Positions 60,421 to 64,000 of a stretch of DNA of 64,000 bases are shown here, in pieces. Each line of letters opens with the position of its first letter. Position 1 is the stretch's first letter. The translations under genes were made by a program, and so were the position numbers. Origin of the DNA: Candidatus Competibacteraceae bacterium (GTDB lineage Bacteria > Pseudomonadota > Gammaproteobacteria > Competibacterales > Competibacteraceae); NCBI GenBank assembly GCA_035575095.1, contig DATLYF010000126.1, forward strand, positions 3,230 to 67,229, given 5' to 3'. The notes under the pieces were generated by a model. That model did no database searches and was not told the origin of the DNA. It saw only the letters and a program-made list of their open reading frames with translations.

Positions 60421-61740
60421 GTGCGCAAGCCGATGCTCGGGCTGCTCGGTCGCACTCTGCTGGCGCTGGCCGGCCTGGCCGGCGCCGGCTGGCTGAGCGG
60501 CTATCCGCTGACGTTCCTGCTGCTCGGTTCCTGGGGCCTGCTGGCCTGGCACCTGTATCAGCTCGTCCGGCTGGAGCGCGAGCTGGCCAAGGGCAAGGAC
60601 TGGCGCATCCAGGACGTGGGCGGGCTATGGGGCGAGGTCTACAGCCAGCTGTTCAAGCTGCAGAAGCAGTACGAGCAGCGCGAGCGCCTGCTCAAGGGCA
60701 CCCTGGGCAAGTTCCGCGAGGCCATCGCGGCGGTGCCCGATGCCGCCGTGGCGCTGGACGACAGCGATGCCGTGCTCTGGGCCAACCAGGCCGCCGAGCG
60801 CCTGCTCGGCTTGCACATGCCCCAGGACAGCGGCCAGCGCTTGGCCAATCTGGTGCGCCATCCGGCCTTTGTCGCCTTTCTCGGCAGCGCGGGCGGCGAA
60901 GAGGGCGTGGAGTTCCCCGCGCCCAGCGAGTCCGGGCGCATCTTGCATGCTCGCCTCATTCCCTACGGTCAGGGCCAGCGCCTGCTCATCGCTACCGACA
61001 TCACCCGCATGCATCGCCTGGAGCAGGTGCGCCGCGACTTCGTCGCCAACGTCTCGCACGAGCTGCGCACCCCGCTCACGGTCATCAACGGCTACCTGGA
61101 GACCTTGCTCGATTCCGACGATCCCTGCATCGAACGCTGGCAGAGGCCGTTACGCGGTATGGCCCAGCAGTCCGGGCGCATGCTGCATATCATCGAGGAC
61201 CTGCTGATGCTGTCCCGGCTCGAAAACGACGCCGAGCGCCGCCCGGAGAAAGCAGTGGCGATGCCGGAGTTGCTCGCCGCCCTGGCCGAGGACGCCATCG
61301 CCCTGAGCGGCGAGCGCGGCCACCAGGTGCAGGTGGCGGCCGATCCCGGACTGTGGGTGCAGGGCTGCGAAAAAGAGATCCGTAGCGCCTGCGCCAATCT
61401 GGTCTTCAACGCCGTGCGCCACACCCCCGCGGGCAGCCGGGTGGAGATCCGCTGGTTCGTCGATGAGCAGGGCTGTCCCTGTCTACAGGTGGCGGACAAC
61501 GGCGAGGGCATCCCGGCCCAGCACATCCCGCGCCTGACCGAACGCTTCTACCGGGTGGACAAGGGCCGGCAGCGCGAGAGCGGCGGCACCGGCCTGGGGC
61601 TGGCCATCGTCAAGCACGTCATGCAGCGCCACGGTGGGCAGCTCGGCATTATCAGCCAGCTCGGGGTAGGCAGCACCTTCACCTGCCGCTTCCCCGCCGA
61701 GCGGCGCCGGATGTCGCCGGGCAAGAGCGCGCTCGGCTGA
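60421..61740 (+). CDS. phoR: Phosphate regulon sensor kinase
   Basis: Two N-terminal TM helices, a PAS domain, H-box FVANVSHELRTPLT and G-box GGTGLGLAIVKH. The GTG start follows the phoB stop directly; the alternative is the ATG at 60433. Confidence 0.9.
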   Translation: MRKPMLGLLGRTLLALAGLAGAGWLSGYPLTFLLLGSWGLLAWHLYQLVRLERELAKGKDWRIQDVGGLWGEVYSQLFKLQKQYEQRERLLKGTLGKFREAIAAVPDAAVALDDSDAVLWANQAAERLLGLHMPQDSGQRLANLVRHPAFVAFLGSAGGEEGVEFPAPSESGRILHARLIPYGQGQRLLIATDITRMHRLEQVRRDFVANVSHELRTPLTVINGYLETLLDSDDPCIERWQRPLRGMAQQSGRMLHIIEDLLMLSRLENDAERRPEKAVAMPELLAALAEDAIALSGERGHQVQVAADPGLWVQGCEKEIRSACANLVFNAVRHTPAGSRVEIRWFVDEQGCPCLQVADNGEGIPAQHIPRLTERFYRVDKGRQRESGGTGLGLAIVKHVMQRHGGQLGIISQLGVGSTFTCRFPAERRRMSPGKSALG

Positions 61741-61756
61741 GTACGCGGAGGACGCC

Positions 61757-62263
61757 ATGCAACTGCTGCTAATCCGCCACGGCATCGCCGAGGATGCCGA
61801 ACTGTTCGCCCGCGCCGGCGGGCGCGACGAGGACCGTCCCCTGACCGAGGCGGGCTTGCGCAAGATGCGCCGCATCGCCCAGGGCCTGAGCCTGCAGGCC
61901 GAGGACCTGGAGCGCCTCTACGCCAGCCGGCTGGTGCGTGCCCGCCAGACCGCGGAGCTGGTGGCGGCGGCTTACGGTGGCCTGCCTATCGAGGAGCGCG
62001 CGGAACTGTCGCCTTACGGCGAGCTGCCGCCGCTGCTCGACTGGCTGGCCACGCTGCCGCCACAGGGCGTCGTGGCCGTGGTCGGTCACGAGCCCCAGCT
62101 CAGCCGGCTCTGCGGCCTGCTGCTCTGCGGTGAGGCGCATTCCCTGCTGCGCCTGAAGAAGGGTGCAGCGGTACTGATCGACTTTCCCGCCGCCCCCGCC
62201 GCCGGTGCCGGCGTGTTGCATTGGGCCTTGACCCCGCGCCAGTTGCGCGCTTTGGGTGGTTGA
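61757..62263 (+). CDS. sixA: SixA-type phosphohistidine phosphatase
   Basis: 168 aa with the RHG motif (LLIRHGIAE) and VVGHEPQLS. Confidence 0.75.
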   Translation: MQLLLIRHGIAEDAELFARAGGRDEDRPLTEAGLRKMRRIAQGLSLQAEDLERLYASRLVRARQTAELVAAAYGGLPIEERAELSPYGELPPLLDWLATLPPQGVVAVVGHEPQLSRLCGLLLCGEAHSLLRLKKGAAVLIDFPAAPAAGAGVLHWALTPRQLRALGG

Positions 62264-62267
62264 GGCC

Positions 62268-63803
62268 ATGCTGTCGGCGTTCCTGGACAGCGCCGACGTG
62301 CAGAGGACCCGCGTGCCCACCGATACCCTCGCCGCCATCGACCTGGGCTCCAACAGTTTCCACATGATCGTCACCCGTCTGGTGGACGGGGAATTGCTGG
62401 TGGTCGACCGTCTCAAGGAGATGGTGCAGCTCGCCGCCGGCCTGACCAAGCATCACCGCCTCACGCCCGCCGCCCAGAGTCGTGCTCTGGACTGTCTGGC
62501 GCGCTTTGGCCAGCGTCTGCGCGACATCCCCGACTCGCGGGTGCGGGTGGTGGGTACCAATACCCTGCGCCAGGTACGCGACGGCGGCGCCTTTCTGGCC
62601 CGGGCCGAGGTCCTGCTGGGGCAGCCGATCGAGGTCATCAGCGGTATGGAGGAGGCGCGCCTGATCTATCTGGGGGTGGCTCACAGCACGGCCGATAACG
62701 GTGGGCGGCGGCTGGTGGTGGATATCGGTGGCGGCAGCACCGAGCTGATCGTCGGCGAGGGCTTCGAGCCGCTGCACTTGGAGAGCCTGTATATGGGCTG
62801 TGTCAGCATGACCCGCCGTCATTTCCCCAAGGGCAAGGTCAAGGATTCGGCGCTGCGCGCCGCCGAGATCGCCGTGCAGCAGGAGCTGGAACCGCTCGTG
62901 CTGGATTATCAGGCGCTGGGCTGGAAGCGGGTGATCGGCGCCTCCGGCACCATCAAGACCATCCGCGATCTGGTGGTGGCCGAGGGCTGGAGTCACGGCC
63001 CCATCACCCTGGAGGCGCTGCGCCGGCTGCGCACTCTGCTGGTGCAGCTCGGCGATGTCGACGCCATCGCCGCGCGCTGGCAGCTCGGCCGTGCCCGCGC
63101 CGAGGTCATGCCGGGCGGTTTCGCCGTGCTCTATGGGCTGTGCGAGACGCTGGGCGTGGGGCAGATGGAGGTTTCTGACGGGGCGCTGCGCGAAGGCGTG
63201 ATCTACGATCTGCTCGGCCGCATCCGCCACGAGGATGTACGCGACCGCACCATCGCCGCGCTCACCCGCCGCTACGGTCTGGATAGCGTCCAGGCCGAAC
63301 GGGTGGCGGCCACCGCCTTGCGCCTGCTGGAGCAGGTGCGGGAGAGCTGGCAGCTCACCGACGAAGCCCTGGCCCACGACCTGGAATGGGCGGCGCGGCT
63401 GCATGAGATCGGCCTGGCCATCGCCCACAACCACTATCACCGCCACGGCGCTTACATCATCGAGCACTCCGATCTGGCCGGCTTTGCCAAGGGCGAGCAA
63501 GTGCTGTTGGCGGCGCTGATTCGTGGCCATCGGCGCAAGTTTCCCCTGGAGGTGTTTGCCGCGCTACCGCCCCACTTGGCTGAGTGCGCCCGCCGGTTGT
63601 GCCTTCTGCTGCGGCTGGCGGTGGTGCTGCACCGCGCCCGCAGCCGCCAGCCGCTGCCCGAGTTGCAGTTGTCCGCCTCCAACCGCGGTCTGGAACTGCG
63701 CTTTCCGCCGGGCTGGCTGGAAGCCCATCCGCTGACCTGTGCCGATCTGCAGGCCGAGGCCGACTACCTGGCCGCCGCGGGCTACCGCCTGGTGTGCTTG
63801 TAG
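62268..63803 (+). CDS. ppx: Exopolyphosphatase (Ppx/GppA family)
   Basis: AAIDLGSNSFHMIV and VDIGGGSTEL, with a C-terminal HD-like region. ATG at 62268; the listed ORF opens with GTG at 62256. Confidence 0.9.
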   Translation: MLSAFLDSADVQRTRVPTDTLAAIDLGSNSFHMIVTRLVDGELLVVDRLKEMVQLAAGLTKHHRLTPAAQSRALDCLARFGQRLRDIPDSRVRVVGTNTLRQVRDGGAFLARAEVLLGQPIEVISGMEEARLIYLGVAHSTADNGGRRLVVDIGGGSTELIVGEGFEPLHLESLYMGCVSMTRRHFPKGKVKDSALRAAEIAVQQELEPLVLDYQALGWKRVIGASGTIKTIRDLVVAEGWSHGPITLEALRRLRTLLVQLGDVDAIAARWQLGRARAEVMPGGFAVLYGLCETLGVGQMEVSDGALREGVIYDLLGRIRHEDVRDRTIAALTRRYGLDSVQAERVAATALRLLEQVRESWQLTDEALAHDLEWAARLHEIGLAIAHNHYHRHGAYIIEHSDLAGFAKGEQVLLAALIRGHRRKFPLEVFAALPPHLAECARRLCLLLRLAVVLHRARSRQPLPELQLSASNRGLELRFPPGWLEAHPLTCADLQAEADYLAAAGYRLVCL

Positions 63804-63889
63804 GCCGGGCGGCCAAGGCGGACCTGACCGGCGCCGGCCGCTGTGGAATAATGCGCTCTTACGACTGTCGCCGCTCAGGAGTCTCCCCC

Positions 63890-64000
63890 GTGTCCAGACC
63901 GCAGATCACCATCGGCCAGTTCCCCGGCGCGCGCCCGCGGCGCATGCGGCGCGACGAGTTCTCGCGCCGCCTCATGCGGGAAACCGTGCTCACCGTCGAT
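63890..64000 (+). CDS. hemB: Porphobilinogen synthase, 5' end (runs off the window)
   Basis: GTG start after CAGGAG. The 37 visible codons read VSRPQITIGQFPGARPRRMRRDEFSRRLMRETVLTVD, matching the conserved HemB N-terminus (R.RR.R...FSRRL.RE..LT..D). Confidence 0.75.
   Translation, partial: MSRPQITIGQFPGARPRRMRRDEFSRRLMRETVLTVD

Overview
This 64-kb window comes from a high-GC proteobacterial chromosome and splits into three blocks. (1) 1-8.3 kb is a visibly lower-GC module for sugar/cyclitol uptake and oxidation. It holds a CUT2-type ABC ATPase and permease, an IolI-like TIM barrel, a periplasmic binding protein, two Gfo/Idh/MocA dehydrogenases and an SMP-30 lactonase. It contains internal gene remnants, and at its right edge a reverse-strand gene loses its 3' end. 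(2) 8.6-37.2 kb is accessory DNA dominated by a complete aerobic benzoyl-CoA (box) pathway. The genes are boxR, bclA, boxD, PaaF/G/H/J-like beta-oxidation genes, boxCBA, a hot-dog thioesterase and a LivKHMGF-type ABC importer. Extra genes include two hemerythrin paralogues, a small His-rich cupin-like protein, an MDR dehydrogenase and an alpha/beta hydrolase. After these comes a membrane-anchored binding protein paired with a Cache-HAMP-PAS class III adenylate cyclase. The block is littered with decay products: an MBL-fold remnant, a VapC pseudogene with in-frame stops, an IS5-type transposase remnant and three GC-rich REP-like palindromes. It ends at the 3' end of a tRNA(CAU) that looks like tRNA-Ile2. 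(3) 37.26-64 kb is a gammaproteobacteria-like housekeeping block: rpoD-dnaG-yqeY-rpsU, tsaD, plsY, folBK, metF, ahcY with an SAH riboswitch, metK, fis-dusB, prmA, accCB, an internally deleted aroQ, dsbD-cutA, yigZ, trxB, ahpC, terC, phoBR-sixA-ppx and the hemB 5' end. I found no CRISPR array, prophage, integrase or recognisable defence system. The best candidates for undescribed biology are the one-hemerythrin-per-operon arrangement in the box island and the binding-protein/adenylate-cyclase pair; both are hypotheses. All calls rest on reading the ORF translations and the sequence by eye. Start codons were chosen manually, and no database search or composition calculation was run.
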